Numbered from the stretch's first letter, positions 1 through 11,557 are shown. The stretch is DNA of 64,000 nucleotides from Bdellovibrionota bacterium (GCA_050952645.1 JBMNLI010000017.1:1-64000), one strand, 5' to 3'. Made by a program: numbers and translations. Notes: generated by a model not told the origin, from the sequence alone.

Positions 1-135
1 TAAATGTTTAAGCAGAAGACTAGTAGTAGGTTCTGAAGAAATATTGGCGTTAAAAATTTCTAGACTATGATGGCAGAGAAAATGAAGACGGTGAACATGT
101 TTAAAAGTGTAGAAAATAGACATGGTGTTATTTTT

Positions 136-1283
136 TTACACTAATGAACGTGGAGAATGTGTCATGAAATCATCATGATAGCACGTGCCATTTAATGGTT
201 TACAGAAAGCTCTAATGTCTAAAGCATTTTTAGGTACACTTTGCGAGATTCTGCCTGTAGCTAGAATCTCGCATTTTTTTAATTTGGCATTTTCTTTACT
301 TTCTTTAACATATTAAACGGTATAATGATAGTTTGACCGATTTTTAAATTCGTTGCATCACTTAAATTATTAAATTTTTTCAATCTCAACAGCATTTATT
401 TTCGCTTCCCGTATACCAAAATGAAATCGCTTGCAATGTTTCAGTATAACTTCTTATAGTATGCAATACATTTCCCTTATTATCCCTTGCAGCATAGCCT
501 TTAGAAGTCGCTATCGCCATTTGATCGCTATTTAAAGGTTTTAAACGAGGTTAAATCTTCAAGCGATGATAAAAAAATCAGCCTTTTCACTCTGCTTCGT
601 ATCTTCAGTTTTTTTGCTCTAGGTTACTCTGCTTAGTAGCATTCTTGCGTTCAATATTTTTAGCCACTACTTTAGTTTCTACTCTTTTTTTAGGAGTATA
701 ACTTTTTCTTACTATAACTCTTTTAGGTGGCTCCTTGGGAAGCTTAGATAAGTCTACCTTTTTTTGAAATAAGTTTAAGTCTATACTTGATTCCTTAATT
801 TTAGGTAGCATATTTAAGTTTTTGCTTAGGACTAGGGAAAAAACTCCTCTCGCCCATTAATAACAAAGGGAGCATCTAGGTTGCTCGTGTCCATAACGTT
901 TTCTTAATCTTTTTAAATCTCTCCAATTAGGCACTTTTTGGCCCTTTTATTATCCATTCAAAATGATTGCCGTCCTTGCTTAGGGTCTGCTATATAAACT
1001 TCCTTAGCTTGATAATAGTAAATATAAAACCTATCATCATTAAATGATTTTCTTACTATCTCAATCGCATCGGGAGCACCTTTTTGTTTTAAAAAAATGG
1101 TAAAGATAATTACTCTTTCCCATCTCATTTGAAAGAAATAAGTTTGCCCCAACGTAAGCTTGCGACTTACTTACAGGCACTATCCCTTGATTTACTAGCG
1201 ATGGATAATTATTTATCTTGTAATGACAAGAGGTTGAAAATAGAATAAATAAGGTTAATGTAATATAAACACTTTTTTTTCAT
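136..1283 (-). CDS. Hypothetical exported protein with a possible C-terminal LysM-like segment; multiply frameshifted, boundaries approximate
   Basis: ORF-track pieces 958..1152 and 605..811 are collinear on the minus strand. A further frame near 400-520 reads KGNVLHTIRSYTETLQAISF(W)YTG, resembling a LysM start. ATG at 1283. Confidence 0.35.
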
Positions 1284-1522
1284 AGCATATTTATCTTTTT
1301 TTAAGTAATATTAATGTTAAAGTATCTTATAAAAAGCAATAAAAGTTCTTTTATAAAATATATGATGCTTTTTTTTATGAGAAAAAGAGTCAAAAATTAA
1401 GTTTAAAATTAAGCTTAAAATTATATTTTTTTACCTTAATTTTAATAGGTAAAAAAACTAGTAAGAAACTAGCAAGAAAAGAGTAAGAAATAGATAAGAG
1501 ATTAAATTTTAAGGAAAAATAT

Positions 1523-2459
1523 ATGAAAATAGCTACTACTGAAAACTATTTATATAGAATTGTTAAAATCGTTAAAAGATGAAGATAGCATCGTTGGAAT
1601 ACCTGATGCTAGCGAAATACTAGACGCTTTACAAGAAGATGAAAGAGAAAGCAAGGTTATTATAGCTAAAAAAAACTTCAAAAAAATTCTAACATAGACT
1701 CTTATTCTAAAGCACTTTCTCTAGAAAAATGAAATATTGTTCGACAAAATAAAGGAGACTAATGCAGATATGCTCTTTATGGCGGTAAAAGATAAGAACT
1801 CTAAAGAAGTAGGGGAGGCGCTCTCATATATAAAAGAAAGTGGCACTTTTGATAAAGATATTTATTTATTTGAATATAGCACAGTCAATAAAATTTTAAA
1901 TACTATCGATGAGATAGGGGAAATAATAGGAAGAAAAATCTAAAGCGGCTCAAATAGTGCAAAGAAATAAGGCTCAGCTCCTAAGTTTAACGGATGGCTT
2001 TTATGAAAGAATAAAAAACAAAAGAGTTTTAATCTTAAAAAAATATTGAGCCTTTTGAAACTTACGGGCTTTGGGTCGCAGATTTAGTAAATACAGTGTG
2101 CGCTAAAAATTGCATAGAAACTAAAGATAATGAACATCAAAAAATTACTTGGGGAAGAAATCAAGAAATTAAACCCAGGCACTATTATAGTAGCCCCTGA
2201 AAACTCAAACTTAGAAGAATCATTAAAAAATTTTAAAATACTAGAAAAAGCTTCCTAATTGGGATGAGCTTCCTGCCGTAGTTTAGAACTGAGGTTTATT
2301 TTTGCAATGGACACTCTTTTGAGGATCCTCTTAGGGCGATAACTCAAGGTAGTCTATACTTAGCTTTCTTGTATTGCTGGACTTAATCCTGGCGATATAA
2401 CTAAAAGAGACTCTTACAGGAGACTTCGCTGGGTTGAGCTTATGAGACATAAGCTTTGA
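1523..2459 (+). CDS. Periplasmic cobalamin/iron-complex ABC substrate-binding protein (BtuF-like); frameshifted
   Basis: AAGGA RBS and ATG at 1523. Stitched frames give ILNTIDEIGEIIG...ITWEEIKKLNPGTIIVAP...NWDELPAV...VYFCNG, typical of helical-backbone binding proteins. Confidence 0.55.
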
Positions 2460-2507
2460 TAACTGCCTCTAGTCTATTTATACGTTTTTGCATAGGGTTA
2501 TATTTAT

Positions 2508-3301
2508 ATGAACGATAAAAAAATACTTATTTCAAGATAAAAATAAAAACGAGTTTAACGGAATTACTTTTAAAGAATTTAATGAACTAATAACGCTATT
2601 AAATGAAAAATACTTTATAACATTATCTCAAATAGTTGAATGCGCTTCATTTAGCCTAGCTATGATTATAAGAACTCACACTATAGGTTTGTCGGCAGAA
2701 AATGCAAAAGTTGGAGTCGTTGTAAAAAGATAATATATCGGGTATGATAGCACTAGCTACTGCAAGAAGGCTTTATATAATGCAGGAGGGGGAACCCTTT
2801 ATAATTATTCCTCAAAAAAACATTAGGTGATTTATCACTAGAGTTCAAAACATCAAGCTGAAGCCATCTCGGCTCTAGGGCTTGAGTTAATAGTGCTAGA
2901 TTCCAAAAGAAAATAAAGAGAGTTTAGAAGAATTGTTTGCTAGTTTTGATAACGTTTTAATGGGAACGTTTAAGCGAAAATGATGCTAAAGATGAAAGCT
3001 TAAATTTTCTTGCTGATATGCTAAATGAACTTACTACTCCTATTCATAGCATATTATGCCCACACGGAGTATGCCAAGATACGGGGGAGAAACTTTCTAA
3101 TCCTATTTTATTCATCTTCAACTCTATCTTTTAGGTATACCACTTTTAGGGCTTAATAAGGCTTACGACTTTTTTAGGTAGACACTATATCTCTGAGATC
3201 TCTATTCCTAAAGATATCGCATATAAAAAAAGCAAATATTCCTGAAAGTCTATTTGCAGAACAACCAGGTTTGTCAAATCTTTAATCTTGAAAATAATTA
3301 A
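2508..3301 (+). CDS. YjeF N-terminal domain protein (NAD(P)H-hydrate epimerase-like); frameshifted
   Basis: Stitched frames give NISGMIALATARRLYNAG...LNELTTPIHSILCPHGVCQDTGE...TLSLGIPLLGL...GRHYISEISIP, matching the YjeF_N layout. Confidence 0.55.
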
Positions 3302-3392
3302 AAGTAGTTAAGGCTCCATAAGGGGCAAGGAGGGGACTATTTTTAAGGTCTAAAAACCTACCTTAAAAACGTGGAAGAGCCACTATTTTTTA

Positions 3393-3778
3393 TTATGCAA
3401 ACTTATAATGCTTTTTAATACCCCAAGCATTAAACTCTTTTTGCTGATTAATATAATTTCTTAACGCAAAATTTACACATCTAAAAATAATTTTCTTAGC
3501 TAGCGTAATAAATCTTCCTATGTATTTTCTGTGCGATACGAGATTTGTAGGTTTTATCATCTCATTATCATATCTTTGACATAAAAATCTAATATACTCT
3601 AAAACTTCTATCAGATATTTTAGCATCTTTTTCTAAAATTTTTACAGGGTAATTAGAAAACGCTAGCTATCTCGTCTTCATTATAAATATTATTTAACAA
3701 ATTATCTTTTACTAAAGCGTTTACATCTTTTTCTAACTCTTTATTTTCCTTTCCTAAATAGCTAATGCTAATTCCCAT
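3393..3778 (-). CDS. Hypothetical protein (frameshifted)
   Basis: ORF 3393..3626 plus an upstream frame starting at ATG 3778; contains SHRKYIGRFITLAKK...YINQQKEFN. Confidence 0.4.
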
Positions 3779-3928
3779 TTTACAATCCTTTTTTTTAAAA
3801 ATCATTTATTTTAAAAACAGACAATTAAGAGAGTTTCTTATAAAATAAATTATCTATTTATTAAATAAGAACTCCTTAAAGAATAATTCTATAATTATTT
3901 TTAAAACTATTAAAAAGGCTAAATTTAA

Positions 3929-5595
3929 TTAGATTGTAAAAATACGAAATGCTCCATATTTTGAATTTGGATTCTTCTATAAGCAATCTTATTCCATTTC
4001 TTAAACTCTTATTTACTATCTTTTCAAATTCTTTCACATCTTCTATCACATCACCATTTACATTTACTATCAATTGCCCTTTTGATATTCCTGCTAATTG
4101 TGCAATAGAACCTGCTTTTACGCTAGTTATTACTAGTCCTTTTGAGTTTCTAAATTTATATATTGTTTTTATTATCTGTATTTAAAGCCTCTAAAGAGAT
4201 GCCTAGCTTTTCTAATAAAATATCGCTAGCGTTACCCACCTTATAATATTTCCTTCATCGTCTCTAATTTCTTTTAATTCACCTAAACGCACATTCGCAA
4301 TAATGGTTTCTTTATCTCTAAAAATTGCAAGCTTAATATCTTTTTTTAGGCTTATTCTTAGCAACTATATTTTTTAAATGATTGCTATCTTTTACCCTCC
4401 GTTCCATCTATCTTAAAAATAATATCGCCCTTGTTTAAACTCCTCCCCTTTTTAGCTGGGCCATCATCTTCAACATAGCTAACTAGAGCGCCTTTAGTGC
4501 TTTTATAGCCAAACGACTTAGAAAGCTCTGGCGTTAAGTCTTGAATGCCAATCCCAAGCCAGCCTCTAACTACCTTTGCCTGTGCTTATTTAAGCTATCT
4601 ACTATATTTTTTTACCATATTAGAAGGAATTGCAAAACCGATACCCATATAACCACCATTTTTTGAGAATATGGCTGTATTTATTCCTATTACCTCAGAT
4701 CTTAAATTAACTAACGGGCCTCCGCTGTTCCCAGGGTTTATCGCAGCATCGGTTTGAATATAATCTTCGTATCTAGTTCCACTAGAAAACGAGCGTCCTC
4801 TAGCACTTACTATACCAGTCGTAATAGTGTTATCTAACCCAAAGGGGTTTCCACCTGCTAATACCCACTCGCCAATTTTCACATTATCTGAGTCTCCTAA
4901 TTTTGCAGGGACTAAATTTTTAGCATCTATTTTTAAAACTGCTATATCGCTATTAAGGTCTTTCCCTACAACTTTAGCGGTATACGTTTCTTTGTTTGAA
5001 AGTTTCACCTCAACTTTGTCGGCTTTATCTATAACGTGATTGTTCGTAACTATATGACCTTTTTCATCGATAATTACGCCAGTTCCAGAGCCTTGTTGTA
5101 TCTCAGGGACGGTTTGTTCGTTTAAATCATCGAAAAAATCTTTTTCAAAGAAATCGAAAAAATGTCGCATTCTAGGATCTATCATTAAAGTTTGCCTAGA
5201 TGATTTTTCTATTTTTCTAGTGCTTTTAATATTAACTATAGAAGGGGTGATGCTTTTAGCTACATGCTCAAAGACGTTTGATAAGCTTTGTGCATACTCT
5301 AAATCTTTTTCTAGAGAGTTATTTGCTACCTTATTTATAGTCTTATTAGTATCTTTATTTGCTACACTTTCTACTTGCTTATTTACAGTCTTACTTTTTG
5401 AATTACTAAAAAAATTACTAAATCTGCTTTGCTCTTTAGCATAAGATATATTAACTAATAGCAAAAGAACTACTGTAAGAGATGTAATTTTTTTTACATT
5501 TCTTATAATATTTTCTTTATTATTTTCTTTATTATTTTTTTTTATTATTTTCTTTATTGTTTTCTTTATTGTTTTTTTATCATTTCTATTTTCAT
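3929..5595 (-). CDS. degP: HtrA/DegP-DegQ family serine protease with PDZ domains; frameshifted
   Basis: Catalytic motifs TNNHV, DIAVLK and IQTDAAINPGNSGG in ORF 4595..5464. PDZ sequence (VVRGWLGIGIQDLTPELSKSF) continues in other frames down to ~3929. GAGGT RBS and ATG at 5595. Confidence 0.9.
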
Positions 5596-5708
5596 CTTTT
5601 TACCTCATTTTAAATTTTTTACAACTTTGAACTCTTTAAAAATAATATTATTAAAATATAATCATAATTTTATATAGTAATCACGACTTCTAGTTTTTCA
5701 ATAAATTT

Positions 5709-7025
5709 TTAAAATTTAAGAGTTTTCTTTAAAAAATCTTTTAAAAATGCATCATTATCTTTGTAGCAAAATCCAAATACTTCTTCCCAAATCTCTCTAG
5801 TTTCCATGCATAAATAAAAATAAGTTTTATTGTGAAATTTTTCAAAATAATTATAAAGAGTTTTGTATAATTTAATTTTTAAATCGGTAGGGTAAGTGAT
5901 TTTTCCGTTAGGGTCGTGCGCCATGGGCATTTGTAAGATTTTAGTTTTTATTTTTTTCTCTCTTATCTTTTTTATAACTGGCTTTATAAAGGTTAAACTT
6001 CCAAAACTTATAAAAGAAATATCATTTGGTGAAAAATTGCTTTCTATACAATCTACTAGCTCCTTGTATTCTTCTTCCCAACCTGCATAATAAATTATAG
6101 GGTGAAAATGAAAAGCTACCTTTATTCCAAGCAAAGCAAGCATTTTTGCGGCTGCAAGCCTTTCTTTTAAAGGTGCCGTTCCTAACTCCTCATTAGAGAT
6201 AACTTTTTGTGTATTTAAACTCCAAGAGCAAACGATATTTTTAGGAATTATAGAAGACTTAAAATATTTTATATTCGATGATTTAGTTTTTAATTCTAAT
6301 AAAACATTCTGATTTTTGTTAGCAAACTCTACTAGCGCATCTAGCACATTAAATTTATTTCCCCACACTAAAGCATCGGATGATTGCCCCGTGCCTATAT
6401 GATAAAGCTTTTTTTTGTCTAAGTTTAGAGTAGCTAATTTTTCTTTTAAATTATTAACAAAGATGAAATCTTCGCCGTAAAAAGTTTGTATAGTGCAATA
6501 AGAGCAATTAAAGGGACAATTTTGAACTACATCTAAAGTTTTTAAGCCACAACAAATAGTTTTTTCAGAATAAACTGGGCAACTACTAAAAATACTCGCA
6601 TCTATATCTTTTTTTACGCATTTTAAATTTTCTATGCTTATTTCTTTATTTTCTTCCTTGTATTCTTCTTTACTTATTTCTTTATTAGAAGCTACGTACT
6701 CTTTTTTACTACATTTTAACTCTTCATGATAAGCTTTAAGCTTTGAAAGCACTTTCTTCTTTTCTTCCTTTGGGTTTTTCACATCTATATTTTTAGAGTT
6801 ATCAGAAAAATCATCTTTAAAATCAAATATTAAGCTTAAATCTCTAATGTAATCTATATCCCAAGTCGATAAGTCTTTTACTACTTCACAAAGAAATTTT
6901 AAATCTTGATGCGTTAATTTATAGTAAAACGCTATATCTCTAACTAACCGTTTTTCCTTATCTTCTAATAACTCAAAAACGGTATTTTGAATAATTGTCT
7001 CAAACTTTGTTTTATATCTTATCAT
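5709..7025 (-). CDS. Spore photoproduct lyase-family radical SAM protein
   Basis: CPFNCSYC radical SAM motif; GQSSD, LELKTKS, SWSLN and FHFHPI motifs typical of SplB-like proteins. Confidence 0.8.
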   Translation of the reverse strand: MIRYKTKFETIIQNTVFELLEDKEKRLVRDIAFYYKLTHQDLKFLCEVVKDLSTWDIDYIRDLSLIFDFKDDFSDNSKNIDVKNPKEEKKKVLSKLKAYHEELKCSKKEYVASNKEISKEEYKEENKEISIENLKCVKKDIDASIFSSCPVYSEKTICCGLKTLDVVQNCPFNCSYCTIQTFYGEDFIFVNNLKEKLATLNLDKKKLYHIGTGQSSDALVWGNKFNVLDALVEFANKNQNVLLELKTKSSNIKYFKSSIIPKNIVCSWSLNTQKVISNEELGTAPLKERLAAAKMLALLGIKVAFHFHPIIYYAGWEEEYKELVDCIESNFSPNDISFISFGSLTFIKPVIKKIREKKIKTKILQMPMAHDPNGKITYPTDLKIKLYKTLYNYFEKFHNKTYFYLCMETREIWEEVFGFCYKDNDAFLKDFLKKTLKF

Positions 7026-7109
7026 ACTAATTTTACTTTAAGTTTTTTGCACAGTATATCGACTATATATATTGTAATAACATTTTTATTTAAATTTAGC
7101 GAGTAATTT

Positions 7110-8186
7110 ATGCACAGAAAAATTAAGAAAAATATATTTAAAAATTATTATAATTTTGTAGATATAGAAAACGTATGCTCGCTTTCAGATATTAGCAATA
7201 TTGCAAATAATAGTTTTGATTATAATACTAGTAGTGATATTAGCGGTGATACTAGCAGTGATATTGCTAAGAATATAACTCAAAATGCTAATGAAAATAT
7301 TGAAAGTAGCTTTCTTATAAACGAAGATGAATGTTTTAGTTTAGAATTTAAGAACGGATATTTTTCATCGATTTTAGATAATGTAGGGGCAGGGGAGTTA
7401 GGCAATTTAATAAGGCAGATTTGCATCGATGCTATAACTAGAGTGCTAAACTTTTATGAAAAAAGAGAACCAAAATTTGCGGTAGTTCAAGCATTAAAAG
7501 AAGCAAACAGATTGATACTTTTAAGGAAAACGAAATTTTCAGATAACGATCAAATATCTGTTATAGGAGTTCATGTTAAAGATAGAGAGTTATGCATTGC
7601 TAACGTTGGAAATTGTCGAGCATATCTTATAAGAGATGATATTATAAGAAAGCTTAATAAAGAACATACTTACATTCAAGAATTATTAGAAAGCGGTATA
7701 ACCCCAACTAAAGAAGAGATAGAAGAAAATAAAAACACTCTTACTAGGATGCTAGGAAGTGTTGCTAATATCGATATAGCGACGCTTTCGCTATGGATTT
7801 GGGATAGTAAAGATTGTGATGTAGATATTAACGATGTTATTTTGTTATGTTCAGATGGTTTTTACAATGCCGTATCTGAAGAAGAGATAATGAACAAAAT
7901 ATCTGAATGTGAAAAAGATTATAAATTAGTAGGTAGTGAATTATTAGATTTGGCAAAATCTAAAAATACTAATGAAAATATTTCATTAGCAATAGTTCCA
8001 CTAAAAGGACAATTGAAAAATGTTTTGCCACTTGGGTATAAAGAGATAGAAGAAATAAATAATGAAGCAAGAATAAAGGCAAAAAACTTTGATATAGATA
8101 ATTATGTATTTTCTTTGCACTTAGCTATACTAACGATATTATTTAATTTTATCTCTATTTTATGTTTTTATATAGGTTTAATTTAA
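7110..8186 (+). CDS. PP2C/PPM-family Ser/Thr phosphatase-like protein with C-terminal TM helix; degenerate motifs
   Basis: NED, IANVGNCRAY, LTRMLG, LCSDGF and ENIS motifs; hydrophobic C-terminus. Confidence 0.8.
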   Translation: MHRKIKKNIFKNYYNFVDIENVCSLSDISNIANNSFDYNTSSDISGDTSSDIAKNITQNANENIESSFLINEDECFSLEFKNGYFSSILDNVGAGELGNLIRQICIDAITRVLNFYEKREPKFAVVQALKEANRLILLRKTKFSDNDQISVIGVHVKDRELCIANVGNCRAYLIRDDIIRKLNKEHTYIQELLESGITPTKEEIEENKNTLTRMLGSVANIDIATLSLWIWDSKDCDVDINDVILLCSDGFYNAVSEEEIMNKISECEKDYKLVGSELLDLAKSKNTNENISLAIVPLKGQLKNVLPLGYKEIEEINNEARIKAKNFDIDNYVFSLHLAILTILFNFISILCFYIGLI

Positions 8187-8198
8187 ATTGAGGCTTCT

Positions 8199-9377
8199 AT
8201 GACAAACAATGATGATATACCTAACAGAAGAAATAAGACTAAGACTGTTATGCTTGGGCCAGATATAACAAAGGAAATTAGAGCACAACTGCAAGAACAA
8301 GATTTGTCAAATTTTTTACAATCGATAGACGCTAGTGAAAAAGAAAAACAAAAGGAAAAACAAAGCGAGGAAACTAGTATTCCAAGGAATTTTTTCTATT
8401 CTAATGATAGTAATAATGAAGATGGGCAAGATGGTGATAGTTTAAATAAGAACAAAGATAATAATAACGATAATAATAAAGATAATAATAATGAAGATGA
8501 TTATAGTATTTTTGGAGGAGAAAATCCTATAAGTCAAATACAAAAAAGCGTTTTTGATGAAGATGAAACATTAACAAACTCGGTAAGCGATAAAGAGTTG
8601 CAAATTGCAGAAATTGCTAGAGCTAAAAAAGCGACTGAAGAGGTAGCATCGAAAATAATAAAAGATTTAGTTTTAGATCAACCTGAAAGCGACAAAAGCT
8701 TTAAAGATGATTTAATAAAGGAAATTGAAAATGATGCAGCAATGTTTAAAAAATTTGAATATGAAAATGATAATAACGAAAATAAGGAAATAGCAGATAT
8801 TAAATTAGATACTAAAGCAGATATTAAAATAGATACTGAAATAAAAAAAGAAATAGCAAATATCGCAAATAGTGATATAAATAGTGATATAAATAATAAT
8901 ATAAATAATAATATAAATAATGATATAAATAATGAAATAAATAATGAAAGACCAAACGATGACCTTAAAGCTACAAGAATGAATTTGCAAATGATAAAAG
9001 AGGCTAGTGAAACTTCTAGGCAAACTACGCATATTTACTGGAGCGAGCTTACGCCACTAGTTGGATTTTTAGTATCGTTTAGTAAAGACCCTAATGGCGA
9101 GTTTTATGAGATAAGAGAGGGAAAGCTAGCGATAACCGCAAAACCTAGTAATGTAAACTCGCTAGTAATTTGTGATGTGTCTATATCTAATATGCATGCT
9201 ATTATGAAAATTTCTCAAGATAAGATAACTTTACTCGATCAGTTTTCTGAAAATGGGACTACTGTAAAACACTTTAATGATGATAATATAATTGAACTAT
9301 CGGGAGAAAGTGAAACTATTTTAGATAAAGATATTATAACTTTTGGAGATATGGTTTTTAAGGTATGTTTAATTTAA
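8199..9377 (+). CDS. FHA-domain protein with long acidic low-complexity N-terminal region
   Basis: C-terminal LVGFLVSF...DVSISNMHA...LDQFSENGT...DIITFG matches the FHA fold. Confidence 0.8.
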   Translation: MTNNDDIPNRRNKTKTVMLGPDITKEIRAQLQEQDLSNFLQSIDASEKEKQKEKQSEETSIPRNFFYSNDSNNEDGQDGDSLNKNKDNNNDNNKDNNNEDDYSIFGGENPISQIQKSVFDEDETLTNSVSDKELQIAEIARAKKATEEVASKIIKDLVLDQPESDKSFKDDLIKEIENDAAMFKKFEYENDNNENKEIADIKLDTKADIKIDTEIKKEIANIANSDINSDINNNINNNINNDINNEINNERPNDDLKATRMNLQMIKEASETSRQTTHIYWSELTPLVGFLVSFSKDPNGEFYEIREGKLAITAKPSNVNSLVICDVSISNMHAIMKISQDKITLLDQFSENGTTVKHFNDDNIIELSGESETILDKDIITFGDMVFKVCLI

Positions 9378-9391
9378 TACGATAATTTATT

Positions 9392-10702
9392 ATGGCAAGG
9401 CATCAAGAATTTAAACCAGGTTTTGTTATAGCAGATAAATATGAGGTTATAAAGTGCTTAGGAACGGGCAGCATGGGAGCCGTGTATGCGTGTAAGCATA
9501 AAGAACTTTCGGGTCATATAATAGCAGCAAAAGTGCTATTTCCAGAGGTTGCTAACGATAAAATTTCAGCTGCAAGATTTAGAAATGAAATCTTTGCCTC
9601 TTACGGTGTATCGCATCCAAATGTAGTTAGGGCGTACGAATATATAAAGGAAAAAGATATCATTGCATATACCATGGAGTATGTAAACGGAGGAGACTTA
9701 GCCGACTGTTTAAAATCGCCTAAAGATTTACTTCCTATAAATAGAATAATCGAAATTTTAGTTCAGATGACTGCAGGAGTTAGGGCGATACATGAAGCAG
9801 GGATTATCCATAGAGATTTAAAACCTGAAAATATCTTATTAACTAAATCTGGGAATGTTAAAATAGCAGATTTCGGAATAGCTAGAACCGAGAGGGGCCC
9901 TAGACTTACGGAACACGGTGGCATTATTGGAACTATAGATTACGTAAGCCCTGAGTATATGTTAAATTCTCAAATAGACTATAGGTCTGATATATATGCT
10001 ATCGGCATTTTAGCTTATGAAATGATAACGGGGATGACGCCTTTTAGAGGGGAGACGATTTACGATGCGATGGTAGCAAGACTTAAAGAAGAGATAGAAC
10101 CCCCTAGCAACAAAAGAAAAGAGTGCCCGACGGGGCTTGATGATATAGTTCTAAAAGCTTTAGAAAGAGAGCCTGAAGAGCGATATCAAACTGTAAAAGA
10201 ACTTCACTACGATTTAGAAAAACTTCAAAAAATTTTAAATGGCGATGAGAGTGTAATTCAAAAAGAAAAAGAGCAAGAAAAGTTAATCGATACCGAAAAC
10301 GAACAAAAAGAAATAGATAAAATTAGAGAAATAATAAGAAATGTGCAAGGTGCTAAAAGTAAAAAAGGTGAGGTAAGCTTTCAGACTATGGAAAGCGTTT
10401 TATCTAGAAATGCCGACTCTTATGAGGTTAGGGACATTGAAATTAAAGAGCCGTGTTTGAAAAATATGAATAGGCTAGCTAAGGAAATGAAAGCTAAAAG
10501 TGATATTAGAAATAGAAAAAGAATAATAAAAAATATACTACTTATCTTGTTTCTTATCGCTATTTTAATAGGCATTGTAGCGTTAATCGAGTATTTCTAC
10601 CCAGAGTATAAGTTATTAGATAAAATTATATTTGCTTACAATAAGTGTAAAATTTATGTCGTAGATAAATGTAATATAATTTTAAAACTCATTCAAAAGT
10701 AA
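9392..10702 (+). CDS. Hanks-type Ser/Thr protein kinase, membrane anchored
   Basis: GTGSMG, AAK, HRDLKPEN, DFG and GTIDYVSPE motifs; C-terminal TM helix. Confidence 0.95.
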   Translation: MARHQEFKPGFVIADKYEVIKCLGTGSMGAVYACKHKELSGHIIAAKVLFPEVANDKISAARFRNEIFASYGVSHPNVVRAYEYIKEKDIIAYTMEYVNGGDLADCLKSPKDLLPINRIIEILVQMTAGVRAIHEAGIIHRDLKPENILLTKSGNVKIADFGIARTERGPRLTEHGGIIGTIDYVSPEYMLNSQIDYRSDIYAIGILAYEMITGMTPFRGETIYDAMVARLKEEIEPPSNKRKECPTGLDDIVLKALEREPEERYQTVKELHYDLEKLQKILNGDESVIQKEKEQEKLIDTENEQKEIDKIREIIRNVQGAKSKKGEVSFQTMESVLSRNADSYEVRDIEIKEPCLKNMNRLAKEMKAKSDIRNRKRIIKNILLILFLIAILIGIVALIEYFYPEYKLLDKIIFAYNKCKIYVVDKCNIILKLIQK

Positions 10703-10756
10703 ACTAAGAGAAAATTATTTTTTCATTCACTATTTTTAAAAAAAAAGAAAAACTTT

Positions 10757-11101
10757 TACGATGTAGGTCATATTATGGAAAACATTATTTACAATGAACT
10801 TATAATGCGTGGATATTCAGTCGATGTTGGAGTGTTAGTAGATAGAGCTAATGGGACTGGTTTACAAAAGGAAATCGATTTTGTTGTAAATGATGTCGAT
10901 AAAAGAAGCTATATCCAATGTGATTTTAAAATAGAAACTAATAAAAAGGAATCTTCTGAGATTTCGTCTTTAATGTTAGCAAAAGATTTCTTTAAAAAGA
11001 TTATAATTCGCATGGATATCCCACATAATTTTTATGATGACAGGGGTATATTCCACTGTAATTTAATAGATATTTTACTAGGGCGTGTAGAACTATTTTA
11101 A
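10757..11101 (+). pseudogene. C-terminal remnant of an AAA+ ATPase (AAA_14/DUF4143 family)
   Basis: (YDVGHI)MENIIYNELIMRGYSVDVG...KEIDFVVN...YIQ is the C-terminal part of this family. The ATPase domain is absent upstream. Confidence 0.7.
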
Positions 11102-11164
11102 TCTTTGTAAAAAATTTTGTAAAAAACAAAGTATTTGCAAATAAATTAAATAAAAAAATAAATA

Positions 11165-11215
11165 AAATAATAAATAATTAAAATAATAAATAATTAAAAT
11201 AATAAATAATTAAAA
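11165..11215. repeat. 17-bp tandem repeat x3 (aaataataaataattaa)
   Basis: Read directly from the sequence. Confidence 0.85.
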
Positions 11216-11366
11216 TAAGAAAAAACTTAAGGAATTACAAAAACTACCTAATAGAGACTAGAATTAGAATTCTCACCTCTGTTTTGGGGGGGGGCTTTCT
11301 AGGGGGGGCTAATAGCTAGTGGTAGAGGATAGCTTGAAATAGACTTTTTAGCATTAAGACCTAAAT

Positions 11367-11395
11367 TTGACTAGCTATTTAGAATTCTTTATCAT
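11367..11395 (+). promoter_or_regulatory. Putative sigma70 promoter TTGACT-N17-TATCAT
   Basis: Near-consensus hexamers with a 17-nt spacer upstream of CDS 11558. Confidence 0.4.
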
Positions 11396-11440
11396 TTTAT
11401 ACTATAATTTCGGGTGATACTTAAATTACGAGTGATACTT

Positions 11441-11503
11441 ATGCGTTTATCGATGCGTTTATCAATACGAGTATCGATACGAGTATCAATACATATATCG
11501 ATA
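11441..11503. repeat. Degenerate 12-bp tandem repeat x5 (atgcgtttatcg/atacgagtatcg)
   Basis: Read directly from the sequence. Confidence 0.8.
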
Positions 11504-11557
11504 ATGGTTTTTCATACGTTTTAAAATTAAAAAGTTAAAATTAGAAAGGTTGTTGTT

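Noticed and set aside
1..5600. Alternative genetic code or programmed recoding explaining the broken ORFs
   Set aside because: Breaks are frame changes rather than consistent in-frame stops, and the rest of the window translates cleanly with code 11.
11410..11503. Repeats upstream of CDS 11558 as a CRISPR array or iterons
   Set aside because: Units are 12 bp, directly adjacent with no spacers, and there are no cas or rep genes; they fit the window-wide tandem duplication pattern.
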